Below, in pieces: positions 13,986 to 26,996 of a DNA stretch of 64,000 bases (the stretch's first letter is position 1; each line of letters starts with the position of its first letter). The position numbers were made by a program, and so were the translations under genes. Below the pieces are notes generated by a model that was not told the DNA's origin, did no database searches, and saw only the letters and a program-made list of their open reading frames with translations. Source of the DNA: Eledone cirrhosa (Eukaryota); NCBI GenBank assembly GCA_964016885.1, contig OZ024747.1, positions 42,346,001-42,410,000 of the forward strand, read 5' to 3'.

Positions 13986-14630
13986 GTGGAAGACATCCAT
14001 GTACATAATATGAAAGAGTACTGGTGGAATATTCCAGTAAAAACCCCAATAAAATGCAGGCATAACTGACCAGATATTATGATATGGGACAGGGAAAAGA
14101 AAACATGCACAGTAGTGGAAATTAGCTGCTCAGCAGATGTCAATATAATATCAAAGATTGGTGAAAAGGAGAATATTTATGCAGAACTGATGAGAAATCT
14201 GCAGATACTCCACCCTGATTACACCTTCAGATTTATGCCTGTGATTATTGGGGCACTGGGATATGTTAGTAACTGCCTCAATACAAATCTTGAGAAGCTA
14301 GGCTTCACAGGAACAGAAAGAACACAACTAGTTAGGAAATACAAGTACAATCCATTAATGGAACAGTAAAAATATGTAAAACATTCCAAAAAATTTGCAT
14401 CTAATAACTGCATATACACATGTACAGATACAAAGCATATACACATGCACACATACAACTCAAAATATACACATCCACACATACAATAACATCCATATCT
14501 ATACATGTAGGCATACATACATACATATCTACCTAGTTGATGTTGTATAAATTCCAATGAGAGAGTCTTGTGTCTATGTTAGAAACCGACTCTCTCTCTA
14601 TTGGTAAAACTTTGAAATTATAAAACCAGA
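13986..14630 (+). mobile_element. R4/Dong-like non-LTR retrotransposon 3' fragment (restriction-like endonuclease)
   Basis: YWWNIPVKTPIKCRHN*PDIMIWDREKKTCTVVEISC...KIGEKENIYAEL...FMPVIIGALG is a PD-(D/E)xK REL domain; embedded in (TACA)n. Confidence 0.75.
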
Positions 14631-14717
14631 ACATACATATATATACAAATATATACATATATATATATATATACATATATACATACATACATACATACAT
14701 ACATACATACAAACATA

Positions 14718-14763
<46 letters not shown>

Positions 14764-14860
14764 CAAATATATACATATATATATATATATATACATATAT
14801 ACATACATACATACATACATACATACATACATACATACATACATACAAACATATACATAT

Positions 14861-14925
<65 letters not shown>

Positions 14926-15140
14926 CATATATATACATATATATATATACATATTCACGATTTCACCGAATTTAAATTCATAGAAATTTGGGACTTGACT
15001 CCTTCTTCCTCACCTTTCGTTGCTTCACCATTTTTGTTTGTTTACACTCGTGTCCCCTTTATTTACGTGTCCCAACGACTTTTTTTTTGTCTGGTTTAAC
15101 GACCTATCCTATATACACACTCAGGCAGCCTGGGTGTGTA

Positions 15141-16330
15141 TATCTTCTTCGCCCACCTATTCCCGGGAGGGTCGTGGAAGCAAAGTCCTCAAACACTCCT
15201 TCCAGCGGGTCCTGTCAGAACCAACCATCTTCAATTGATCCGGCTGGATCCCCAAGCGAGACAAGCCGAGCTCATGGATGTTATACAACCATCTTGCTCG
15301 GGGTCTGCCCCTCGGTCTGCTGCCAGTTGGTTTTGCCCGTAAAATCTGTCCAGCAATTGTTTCCTCAGACATTCTAACCACATGCCGGAGCACCGGAGCT
15401 GTGGTCTCTCAATTCAGAGAAGTAGCTGATTTCTGAGCTACGCACTCTATCGGGTAACCTTACTCAAGAGTCACTTCGGAGGAACCCTATTTCGGCTGCT
15501 ATTCTTTTGATCACTACCCAAGATTCATGATCATAAGTAAGGGTTCGCATGAATACCGAATTGAAGATAGTTTGGCTTTTATTCTTATCTCCCTTATTCT
15601 CATTACCGAATTCTGAAGCTGGTGCACCTGCTTCTGCATTTCTTGCCCTTAATTCCGCAGCCGGCCTTCCCCCACTCGAGAACATGGCACCGAGTTGCTT
15701 GGACTTCTCCACCTGCTTCAGTGGAACTCCACTAACATGTTGAGTGCACTACGCAGGCTTCCTTGAGAGGACGAGTGTTTCAGTCTTCGCAGCATTGATT
15801 TTCATTCCAGCCGTGCAGCACTCAGCATCAAACCTGTTAAGTGCATGTCAGAAATTACCTTCTGACGAGTTAAGTAATACCATGTTGTCTGCAAATTCCA
15901 ACCGTCTGATCCTACACCCGCTAGTCATGATACTATTTCCAGCCCGGCTGTGCATGTCAATCCTGTTCATGAAGATTATGAACAGGAAAGGTGACATTAT
16001 GCACCCTTGGCAGAGCTCGACTCCACATTGAATGGCACCATTTAGCACCATTTATCCGAACACAAATAGTCGGACATCCATATAGAAACATCAGGGCAAC
16101 AAGAAGCTGTCCATCGATCCCATACTCCTGCAGAAGCTTCCACAGCAGGTCCTGTGGAACGCGGTCTACGAAGCCGGAACGCACCTCTTGGCAGTACTCC
16201 TACGCAAAATACATATATGTATACGATAAAGGCCATTGTGTCCTTTGCTTCAGCGATGTTTCCTGTATCGCTTGTGTCGTCAGGTTTAACGACCTGACCT
16301 GCTTTTAACGACTTGACATGCAGGCTAGCC
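15141..16330 (-). mobile_element. RTE-clade LINE, degenerate 3' part
   Basis: QGCIMSPFLFIIFMNRI, FADNMVLL and SRPRGRPRARW; ends in a GAAGAAG tail. Confidence 0.85.
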
Positions 16331-16554
16331 GCTCTCACTGCATTGTGTGCTGGGGGGGGGGGGGGTAACCTGGTCCCAAAGGAATCACCACATTGTTAAT
16401 ATATTTCAACATATCAAGCAGAGCGTTTATGGTTTACAGAATCGGTAGAGTAACGAACAAAATGATTTGTGGTATTTAGTTAGGTCCCTTTTCGTTCTAA
16501 CTTCAAATCTCACCGAGATCAACTTTGTATTTTTCATTCTTATAGGACTTGAAT

Positions 16555-16800
16555 GACCACTTCTTTTTCTGTGCCAGTCGCTGACAAGACCTTCGTTTTC
16601 CTCGGCCCTTGCACTGTCGGGGTGGGATTGCATCCCGCCAGAGTAAGGATTGGCCGATTCAGCGGATGTTGCTGGCTGTTCTACGCGGCAATCCTTTCAC
16701 CATCTTGTCCGTGGAGCACAGCTGAGATATACTACCTAGCCAGGAGTATAGAGTTTGCTCCTCCCTTCATCCTTCCACTTTCTCTATACTTAATTTTTCT
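16555..16800 (+). mobile_element. CRE-like LINE 3' remnant
   Basis: ...VPVADKTFVFLGP... and ...QRMLLAVLRGNPFTIL, resembling the C-terminus at 25720-25880. Confidence 0.45.
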
Positions 16801-17339
16801 CTCTTTTATTATTATTGTTATTATTATTTTTTATATATAGACTCATAACTCCTTAGGTTGTCATAGGGGCATTGCATTTCTAGGACATTTTTTCAAAACC
16901 TGGTGGAGCCCATTTTCTCTCCAGGTCTGAATACAACAGATTTCTTCCAGGGACGGATAGAGAGAGTGAGAGAATAGAAATGAAAAAGAGATATAGAAGA
17001 GGAATTGACCCCAGTACTAGCAGGTCATTAAAGTAAGCCATCAAGTTCCCTCTAAGCTGTGATCCCACAATCAAAATATTGCATCTTCCTTAAAAAAATG
17101 TCATTCCCTCTTATCGCAAACAGAAGTCAATTTAAAATATTTTCTTTCCCACATTTACCCTCACCCCACCGCACTCCCACCAACGCCGCCTCCACATAGC
17201 CCAACCCCAGCCCCCCGACACCCCAACGAAACGATCCCTTCACCCACACCCGTTCACGCAAACCATGATGGCAGCATTCTTTCGCTTAACACGTGGGTGA
17301 CATAATTTCTGACAGCCAGCGTAACAGAACCGTGTCAAG

Positions 17340-17670
17340 GGTGGTAAGGGTGGTGATGGCCGTGTTGTTGTTGTTGGTGGTGGTGATGGTGGTGATGGTG
17401 GTGATGGTGGTGGCCGTGTTGTTGTTGCTGGTGGTGTTGATGGTGGTGATGGTCGTGGTGGTGGTGGTGATGGTGGTGGTGATGGTGGTGATGGTGGTGA
17501 TGGTGGTGGTAATGGTTGTGGTGATGGTGAGAGTGGTGTCCGTGTTGTTGTTGTTGTTGTTAGTGGTGGTGATAGTAGTGATTAGAATTGAAGATGATGG
17601 TAATGGTGACAGTGATGGTGGTGGTGGTGGTGGTCATAGTGGTGATTGTGTTGTTGCTGTTGTTGTAGGT
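17340..17670. repeat. (GTG/ATG/TTG)n trinucleotide tract
   Basis: Directly visible; the Val/Met ORF is an artefact. Confidence 0.85.
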
Positions 17671-18588
17671 GGCAGGTCAGCCCCAATCTTGTAGATCTAT
17701 GATCAAAGACATTCCAGTTGTGATAATTCAAATTCAATCATTGGAAGTGGGGAGGACGAGGCATTGTGTCTCTAGAACTATATTATTCAATGTACCTTCC
17801 CTTTTCTGTGACTTCAGAGTGACGTGGCTGCTATTTCTAGTTGATTGAATGACCACGTAGAGGCACCTTTGTTGATTGTGAAGACGTCACTCAGTGGACT
17901 TGAACCGGAGACTTGAACCCGGGACTTAGCTTGAGCGAGACCAAATGATTCTGAAGCAGACTTCTAAACCAGTCGGTCATGTAGAGGCCATACATACAGC
18001 CGATTCTTTATATGTGTGTGTGTGTGTGTGAAGCGGTGTGTGTATGTATGTGTGTGAGGCGGGGTGGATGTGTGTGAGGCGGGGTGGATGTGCGTGTGTG
18101 TGAGTGGCAGGGTGCAAATATTTCAAAGTTATGAAAACTGAAAATCAAACAGGCGCCTGAAGATAGGAATCCCGGGAGAGAGGAAGAGGAGTGGAGAGGG
18201 GGGTGAATAGGGGGGGGGGATAGCGAGAGGAAGTGAGGAAGAGGGAGGGGGTGAAGAAGGGAGAATGCAAAAAAAAGGTATTAGTGATAACGAGAGACAA
18301 GTTGAGGTAGTGGTGGTGGTGATGTTGGTGGTGGAGGTAGTGATGTGGTGGTGGTGGTGGCGGTGGTGGTGAGAAAGAGAGGTGACACTTTGTGGCGGTG
18401 ATGGTTGTTGGTTTCTACAGAAGTGGTTATTATTATTATTAACAGTATTACTATTATTTGTTGTTGTTCTTATTTTTGTTCTTGTTTACATTTACTGCTG
18501 CTGCTGCTGCTGCTGTCACTTCTGATTGCGTGGGAATTTAGGAAATCTTGTAGTACACCACTACACCGCTCTAAATATATATATATAC

Positions 18589-18711
<123 letters not shown>

Positions 18712-18828
18712 AATATGTGATATATATATATATATATATAACCCCCCCCCCCCCTCACTCTCAAGCGTGAAACTAAAAACCTACTATTTCTACTGCCTCG
18801 CTGTTTTTTGTTCTCTCTTCATTTATTC

Positions 18829-18877
<49 letters not shown>

Positions 18878-18991
18878 TAAGAGGAATTCCAACTTTGTCT
18901 GATTTACTCGTTTTATTTACAATCCTTTAAAATATATATAATGGTATTATAATGAAATAGTATGATAGAATATTAAATTCTAAGTGTTAAT

Positions 18992-19030
18992 TGAACAAGT
19001 ACTTTCATGCTTTCGCAATCTTCAGGTTCA
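18992..19030 (-). ncRNA. Minimal type-I hammerhead ribozyme (antisense arm of the palindrome)
   Basis: Exact reverse complement of 19103-19141. Confidence 0.75.
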
Positions 19031-19102
19031 TGATATGTGGTGACAGTCGAGTTTGCAATTTTCAACTGTGAAAATTGCAAACTCGACTGTCACCACATAT
19101 CA

Positions 19103-19141
19103 TGAACCTGAAGATTGCGAAAGCATGAAAGTACTTGTTCA
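19103..19141 (+). ncRNA. Minimal type-I hammerhead ribozyme
   Basis: TGAAC-CTGAAGA-T-TGC(GAAA)GCA-T-GAAA-GTAC-TT-GTTCA: 5-bp stem I, GNRA-capped stem II, palindromic stem III. Confidence 0.75.
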
Positions 19142-19311
19142 ATTAACACTTAGAATTTAATATTCTATCATACTATTTCATTATAATACCATTATATATA
19201 TTTTAAAGGATTGTAAATAAAACGAGTAAATCAGACAAAGTTGGAATTCCTCTTATTAATATAATCTTCTATACACAATCATACACACCCGTGTATATTT
19301 ACCTATCTATA

Positions 19312-19538
<227 letters not shown>

Positions 19539-19766
19539 TAATAATACTATTTATAGTTATGTATATAGTATAAACAACTATAAACAGGAAGGTCAGTAAT
19601 TTCTTATTACCTTATTACCAGTAAGAGAAATAGCTCAATGTATGAACATCAGTTGTTTTACAGAGCAGTTATTTATTTATTTATATATATATAGATAGAT
19701 ATTTTTGTTTTTTAAATATATATAAGAGAGAATGAGTGAGAGAGAGAGGAGAGAGGAGAGAGAGAG

Positions 19767-19801
<35 letters not shown>

Positions 19802-19999
19802 CATACACGTACAAGAAGAGGAGATAATGATAAATGTTTTGGTGTTATACTTTAAAGGAGTCCACCTTTAAAGTCTTTCATATATAAACAGCGTTAATTG
19901 GATATTATGAACAAAGGATAAAATATATTAGGTAAGCTTCGCCTTAATAACGATAACCTTTTTGTTCTTTATGTGTGTGTATATATATATATATCTATT

Positions 20000-20674
20000 T
20001 ATCTATCTAAGGCGGGTAAAATTCCTGAGATCCATGGACGAGTTCTCTCCAGCGGTCTCTGTCCCTCATTATCGCTGCCATATCCTGCATCTCCAACAGA
20101 CCAGTGTCTGTCCTTAGGGCATCAACATATGTTAACCTTGGTCTTCCTCTTCTAGTGTGTCCATGTAGGGGATCCCAAAGGAGCACTGAGTGCAATGTCA
20201 ACTCTGGATGTCGGTGAGCATGTCCAGCCAACCTCAGTCTCCTCTGTGTCACTTTTGAGCTGACTTTTGGGATGCTCCCATACAGCTCTGAGTTTTTCAT
20301 CCTCAGTGTATACTGAAAATATCTGGTAGAGAATGTTGAGAAGCCAGAGGGAATGTTGAGAAGCCAGAGGGGATCACTAATGTAGGCGGGAAGCCGCTGG
20401 AATTGGTTGAGGACTTCCTGTATTTGGGAGCAAAGATTGGGAATACGGAAGATGATGTGTTGAGAGGAAGAGCAAGGCCTGGGCGGCGTGTCACAGCTTG
20501 AGATCGGTGTGGAAGTCGGACCGTCGTAGAGACCTGAAAATCCGCCTCTTCATTGCTGTAGTGGAGTCTGTGCTGCTGTATGGGTCTGAGACTTGGACAC
20601 TGACCAAGAGACTCACTCAGATGGTGGATGGGTGCTACACGAGAATGCTGAGGATGGCTCTGAACATTAATCAG

Positions 20675-20678
<4 letters not shown>
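20000..20678 (-). mobile_element. RTE-like LINE 3' end with an inverted 5' segment
   Basis: 20007-20315 (-) encodes QYTLRMKNSELYG...GRPRLTYVD...*. 20316-20678 (+) encodes the immediately upstream ...VESVLLYGSETWTLTK...LRMALNINQY. Confidence 0.85.
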
Positions 20679-20708
<30 letters not shown>

Positions 20709-20764
20709 TAAATCTACCAAAATATACGGTAGTGTCCAATCCGTATGAAGAACTCAATGTAATC

Positions 20765-20861
<97 letters not shown>

Positions 20862-21026
20862 ATGATATTAATAAATGGAAACTATCTTTATAAAACCATA
20901 TTTATTCTATTATAAAGATAGTTTCCATTTATTAATATCATTGATATTATACTCCAAAATCTGTCGAGTGCTTCGAATCTGTTATAAATATTTTTGTTGA
21001 ATTACCAACAAAGTAAATATCCCTTT

Positions 21027-21075
<49 letters not shown>

Positions 21076-21476
21076 AAAGAATAGAGGTGTAACACACGAG
21101 TTGTGATATATTGGTATAAGGAAAAGAAAATGCTGACAAACTGTTCCCAGTGAAAAATAGTTTAATTAGGAATAAGTAAAAAATAGTAATAAGTATTGGT
21201 TAGTATTCAGTTTTAGTTGGCGCGAAACTTATTTTAATACCTCTGGAGCCACTTTTTTCACATAAAACAGGTAGAATTTCCAAAACTAATCAGATTAGAG
21301 CAAACATCACGGGCGCTCTATCTCAAAATTATTTTTGAAAAGCATTAAAAATGCGCAACCGGTAAAAACTTAAAACTAAACTGAATACTAACCAATACTT
21401 ATTACTAATTTTTACTTATTCCTAATTAAACTATTTTTCACTGGGAACAATTTGTCAGCATTTTCTTTTCCTTTTA

Positions 21477-21532
<56 letters not shown>

Positions 21533-21573
21533 AGAAAAAAGAGAATCAGTGTTGCGACGAAAGGAATTTATTG

Positions 21574-21668
21574 GACATATTACAATTGTTTCTCGGGCGA
21601 CTAGCTCGAGGCACGATCGATGTGGTGATCAAACCTGACTCCGAAATCGCGCGGTCCTCGGATACGTC
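21574..21668 (-). ncRNA. Hammerhead motif with a core variant (CCGAGGA)
   Basis: GACGTAT-CCGAGGA-long stem II-GAAA-CAATTG-TA-ATATGTC; 7-bp stem I. Confidence 0.55.
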
Positions 21669-21702
21669 TCGATTCTACGAAGCATATTTTCCTATTCCAA
21701 TC

Positions 21703-21815
<113 letters not shown>

Positions 21816-22179
21816 GCTATATATTAATACAGGCGGTTATTCGCAATACAAGTTTCGCCAGCTGGCTGTTCGCAACATGTTCTGAATATCCAGTTAGTGA
21901 AACTTGTATTGCAAGTTACTGGCTCAATTAATATAATTTAAAATAAATTATCCCTCTACTCTAAGGTTTTCCGATGATGTGTATAATCTGTAAAACATAT
22001 GCCAGTGTATGTCTTACGACAAAACAACACATTATAAATACATATGTGGGGGACAGAGTGTAAATCAAGCCAAAAACGGAGCGTAAGGGCAAAGCGTTGT
22101 CACCTGACCAGTCTAACCTCTTAGAGTGTGACACCCCTCTATCCAATACAAATATAAAAAGTGGGCATTAAATGGTGAT

Positions 22180-22211
<32 letters not shown>

Positions 22212-22429
22212 AGGGCGGTGGATTGGCATAGTCGGTAGAGCGTCGAACAACATGCTTTGCGGTATATTGTTACTGCGCTTTACGTTCTGAGTTCAAATCC
22301 CACCGAGGTTAGCTTTGCTTTTCATCCTTACGGAGTCGATAAAATAAAGTACCAATCATGCACTGGGGTCGATTTAGTCAACTTTCCCCTTCTCCCCAAC
22401 TTACTGGCCTTTTACCTAAAAGTAGAAAT
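22212..22429 (+). mobile_element. SINE family A
   Basis: Matches 11431-11619. Confidence 0.85.
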
Positions 22430-22431
22430 CA

Positions 22432-22467
<36 letters not shown>

Positions 22468-22609
22468 TGGTTTCTCACCCCCCCAACATTGAAATATAGG
22501 TAAACGAATACAACGAACCCAAATCAAACAAAACCCACAATACAAAATACAATTAGTCAGCTATAAAAACACGCTTAACACAATATTTTAAAAGTAAACA
22601 AATTCATTC

Positions 22610-22823
22610 TTTCTAACATTAGCACAACAAAGCCTGCAATTTTGGGGGGCGGGGAGTCGATTATATCGACCTCAGTATTTAACTGGTACTTCATTTTATC
22701 GACCCCGGAAGGATGAAAGGTAAAATTGACCTCGGTGGGATTTGAACTCAGGACGTAAAGAGCCAAATCAAATACTGCTAAACATTTGTCCGACGCTCTA
22801 ACAGTTCTGCCAATCCACCGCCC
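22610..22823 (-). mobile_element. SINE family A
   Basis: Reverse-complement copy facing 22212-22429. Confidence 0.85.
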
Positions 22824-22907
22824 TCAAATTAACAAAAACTTAATGTTAACGATATATCATAACCCCAAAGCAAAACATATTACATCTTTAGTGATTTTAT
22901 AACGATA

Positions 22908-23152
22908 CTAGCAAAAGAGCCCGTCGTTGCCGGACACACCTTTCGCCACTGTAGATAAAGACTCCCTTAACATAGTCGTTTTTAAAAAGCCCCAGAACTC
23001 TGCTATTTTAGGAGAAAGCAAGATTCAATCTATATGTTGACATGCTCCGGGAGCTAAATAACCTATGTATGAAATTTGAAGATCGGATGGAAACTGGAAA
23101 TGCATAGACTGCATACAGACAGACATTTTCGTTTTTATTTATTATATATAGA
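22908..23152 (-). mobile_element. Non-autonomous Helitron
   Basis: Minus strand begins TCTATATATAAT... with a (GTCT)n tract and ends with a GC hairpin and CTAG. Confidence 0.6.
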
Positions 23153-23342
23153 TTATACATTTGGTTTTGTTAGCAATAGTTTCAGTGTTGATCACTGTCT
23201 GTGTTCTATGTTCAGAATCGTTAGAGCGTCGGACAAAATGCTTTGTGGCATTTAGTTACAGCTCTTTAAGTTCTGAGTTTTAATCCCACCGAGGTCAACT
23301 TTGCCTTGAGTAGAAAGATCCAATAAGATGGAGATATGCCTG

Positions 23343-23506
23343 CAGGGCCTATGAGCAGGGGTTCAGTTGGTATTTTGTTCCGGGGCCCAAGAGCTAAGAA
23401 GGCCCCCACAGCAACCATGCAACATTCATTTTGAGAAAAATTTTTGCCTGTTTCGGGCCCCAAAGAGGTCTTGTACTGCCATGCAAAATCTTTCTTTGGG
23501 GCCCTA
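23343..23506. mobile_element. Short TIR element (hAT-like MITE)
   Basis: CAGGGCC...GGCCCTA with flanks TATGCCTG/CATGCCTG; a second copy lies at 29523-29687. Confidence 0.65.
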
Positions 23507-23794
23507 CATGCCTGTTGCTTTTGCCACTTGGCTTTAAAGACCAGATCGACTATGAACTGCATGGTCTGTATTATCAAAAAACTCCTATTGGCTTACCTTA
23601 TTATAGATATCTTATTTGCTTGTTGTTGATAAAAGACCTATTTATAGGCATCGACCTAAAACTAAAATATTGATTTGGAAGTAATTAACACTCCAATAAC
23701 AGAATTATTAATGAAATTTATATTTCGAAATTCCGAGTTAAAAATGTTTGAAACCACAAGTTTAGGGTACATTTGTATGTACATGTGTGTAGAT

Positions 23795-24341
23795 CAGTGA
23801 TTCCCAACGTGGGGTGACCAGCCCAGGGGGGGGGGAGGGGGTGCACTCCCAACGTGGAGTGCACTCCCAACGTGGGGTGCACATCCCAACGTGGGGTGTA
23901 CATCCCAACGTGGGGTGCACATCCCAACGTGGGGTGCACTCCCAACGTGGGGTGCACATCCCAACGTGGGGCGCACATCCCAACGTGGGGTGCACATCCC
24001 AACGTTGGGTGCACATTCCACAGGGGGGTGCACACATCCCAACGTGGGGTGCACATCCGACAGGGGGGCAATTTGAATCTTTAAGAAAATGATGTTAATG
24101 AGAACAAACCTCAGGTTTTAGTTTATTACTTTTACACCTTTGTAAAGGCAACTTTGGTGCACATTACTGTTAGAAAATCCTGTCTCACCTCTTCCATATG
24201 ATATTATATATTTGGCACCACTTCTCCATCAATTTATTTACACTTTGCAGTTAATCATAGCTGTTTTCATGTCAAAGGGGAACATAACAATGTTTTAGAT
24301 GTTGAGGTGGGGCATGGTGCACAAAAGGTTGGGAACTACTG
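23795..24341. mobile_element. hAT (Charlie-type) MITE with an internal 19-bp tandem array
   Basis: TIRs CAGTGATTCCCAAC/GTTGGGAACTACTG, TSD GTGTAGAT/ATGTAGAT, and (CCCAACGTGGGGTGCACAT)n at ~23848-24060. Confidence 0.8.
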
Positions 24342-24899
24342 ATGTAGATGCATATGTGTATGTTTGTGTAGGTACGTATGCGTGTTTTCATGTGTGTATG
24401 TATGTGTTTGCATGTGTGCATTATGTGTTTGCCTGAAAGTTGTGGGATATTGTCTCCTTACAATTAGTATTACGTAAGAGAAATTCCCTCCGAAAATATT
24501 CGTCTGTTTCAATTACAATCACAGAGGAGTTCCCAGGTTTATTTTTAAAACAAAATAATACAATCCTCTAGGTGGCAGGGCAGGGGCGGGATATTTAGTG
24601 TAATCGGATAAACACGTGTGAAGGAGGGAAGGAATGCTGCGATAGTGTGAGAACTGTTGAGAGTCCTAGGAAATAGTGACAGATTACTGACTCACTGACA
24701 CGTGTGTCAAATAATCACTTCCACGATTTATAACAACGATGGAAGGCTGATGAAAGTTTAGGAAAACGTCACTAGATTTGGTAGAAATAACAGTGAGAAT
24801 ATAAGGTGTAATTTGGCTGCTATTTCATGCATATCAAGCAACTATGTAGAGGCTTCCACAAGGATAAAGTGTTTAGGTTGCAACCATAGTGAAAAACAT

Positions 24900-25900
24900 T
24901 CCAGCCTCGACCTCCGATCCGCTTCGGATCTGGCATTACCGGCCTACCTTTCCTCAATCTCCAGTCGCATTCTCGTCAGCGAGGCCCTCAGCAAGATGGC
25001 CAAACCTGACGTAGCCCCAGAGCTCGAGCAGGCTCTGGCCGACTGGGCAGGCGTATAGCGAAGGTTTGTTGGTCGTGTTGGTAGCTGATTGCGTTGTGGT
25101 GTTGATTCGTTTGTTGCGTGCGTGCTCACTTGTAGCTTGGCTACAGGCGTTGGTCTCTCTGTACTCCAGTATACAAATGTCCAATGTAACTGGGACGACA
25201 TCAAATGCAGGTCTTCTTTTAGGCGGATGGCTTGGACCAACACCACCTTGCCTGCCTCGTATTCGCTTCACAGCGAAACAGCGGTGCGTGGCTCAATCCA
25301 GTGCCCTCCTCATCAACCGGTACCCTTCTTGATGACGAGTGCACTCGCATCGGAGTGACCCAACACCTCGGCCTCCACGAGTGTGAGCCATATAAATGCC
25401 GTTGTTGGACAGACGTTAACAAGTTTGGCCTGCATCCACTATCATGCCGCCAGAACGCAGGTCGGTTCTCCCGACATACCGCTCTCAACGACATGTTGAG
25501 AAGGAGCTTGAACGCAGCTGGCTTCCCATCACAAGCGGCCTGACGGAATTACTCTCTTCCCATACGAAGGAGGTAGATCCTTCATCTGGGACGCCACATG
25601 TTGTGACACATTCTCCGCCTCCAACTTAGTCACTTCGGCCATAAACTCCGGTACTGCGGCCCGCAATGCAGAGGGCAGGAAAACAAACAAATGCTGGGGA
25701 TTGTTCTGCCGCTTCCTCTTCGCACCCGTCACCGTCTAGACTTCATGCGTCCTCGGACCTCGTACTGCCAAGCTCCTCTGTAAGATCGGAACGTCAGCCA
25801 CCCGTCTGAGGAAGGAGCCCGCGAAGTGGGGTGGCTATTGCAGCAGGTATCGCTAGCCATTGTCCGCGGAAATGCTTTTGCAGACTTGTCCGTGGGGCGC
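24900..25900 (+). mobile_element. CRE-clade non-LTR retrotransposon fragment (C-terminal Zn knuckle and REL endonuclease)
   Basis: ASDLALPAYLSS, SGAWLNPVPSSSTGTLLD, CRC..GLHPLSC...RHTALND, RPDGITLFPY..G...IWDATCCDT and IVRGNA, with frameshifts. Confidence 0.8.
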
Positions 25901-26152
25901 AGCCCCAACACTTCCGTACCCTAAGACCAGAGCCCTTGACCCTCTCCCCTTTCTCCTCTTTTTCGTCTGTGGCCCTAGAGTTCTTGCTTCCCTCCCTCAT
26001 TTTCCTCTCATTTATGGCTTTCCCAGACAACCAGATCTGCCCTTCTTCACCCCTTCCCCAATCAGAGGTTAATTGATTCGTAATAAATTTAGCCTCAACT
26101 TTAAATAGTTAAAGCTACACTCAACTTTCTTTTCACGGTTTATACTTACTCA

Positions 26153-26173
26153 TCTATATATATAAAACTGAGG

Positions 26174-26205
<32 letters not shown>

Positions 26206-26743
26206 CTGTGAGTTCGAATCCCTAAAACTCGAGAAGTACCCAACCGATTTTTTCAAACTTAACATGTGTATTACTTATGTTTCAGGGAGTGTTATGCACA
26301 GCTTTTTATGTTTTTTTTGAGTCGTCACGTCACACCGATTTCCTTGAAATTGTAACTATGTATTAGTCAGTCTCTTCTTCATACTGTGAGCAAAGAAAAT
26401 CAAACTTTTTTTATGGCCTAGGGCCCGCATTAGGTGAAAAACTTCATTTTTTCAGCTTTTTAGCGCTTTTTTTTAGGCGTTACATCTAGCCGATTTTCCC
26501 GAAATTTTAATATTATGTACATAAAAAAAAATCATTTTCTTGATCCCCTAGGGCCCGCATTAGGTGAAAACCTGCATTTTTCCTGCTTCATCGAGGGAAA
26601 TCTTAAAGATTATCCAGCCATCGGAGTATTCGGTTTATTTTCTTTACATATTGTCCAGGCATGCAGTTTTTCCACGATTAGGTCTGTTGGCGGCCCGCGT
26701 TCCAAAATACCTTATCCCGTGCAACGCCGGGTACCACTGCTAG
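26153..26743 (+). mobile_element. Non-autonomous Helitron
   Basis: A|TCTATATATATAAAA start; 3' hairpin CCCGTGCAACGCCGGG then CTAG|T. Confidence 0.85.
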
Positions 26744-26782
26744 TTTATTTATATAAGCAAAATAGTCCAAATGAGGTTTATT

Positions 26783-26914
26783 TTTCAACATAGATCCTGG
26801 AAAGAAACAATGCAGTTATTAATAAGAAGAGTTGAATTTAATATATGCAAGATTTCACATCTGTAGCCTAAATCCTTCATAGTCAGCATATGAATTTTTC
26901 AGCCGACTCTCGTA
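26783..26914 (-). mobile_element. Mariner-like terminal remnant
   Basis: Minus strand starts TACGAGAGTCGGCTGAAAAA; a related piece lies at ~53080-53170. Confidence 0.45.
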
Positions 26915-26935
26915 TTTAAAGAAATCTATCTATCG

Positions 26936-26996
<61 letters not shown>

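Larger units (their letters stand above)
18870..19263. mobile_element. Palindromic Penelope-like pLTR/retrozyme element (195-bp arms, 4-nt loop)
   Basis: 18870-19064 is the reverse complement of 19069-19263. A ~45-nt unpaired tail lies on the right, with (TA)n on both sides. Confidence 0.85.

Noticed and set aside
24745-24775. CTGATGA...GAAAACGTC hammerhead-like string
   Set aside because: No stem II or stem I pairing; probably chance.
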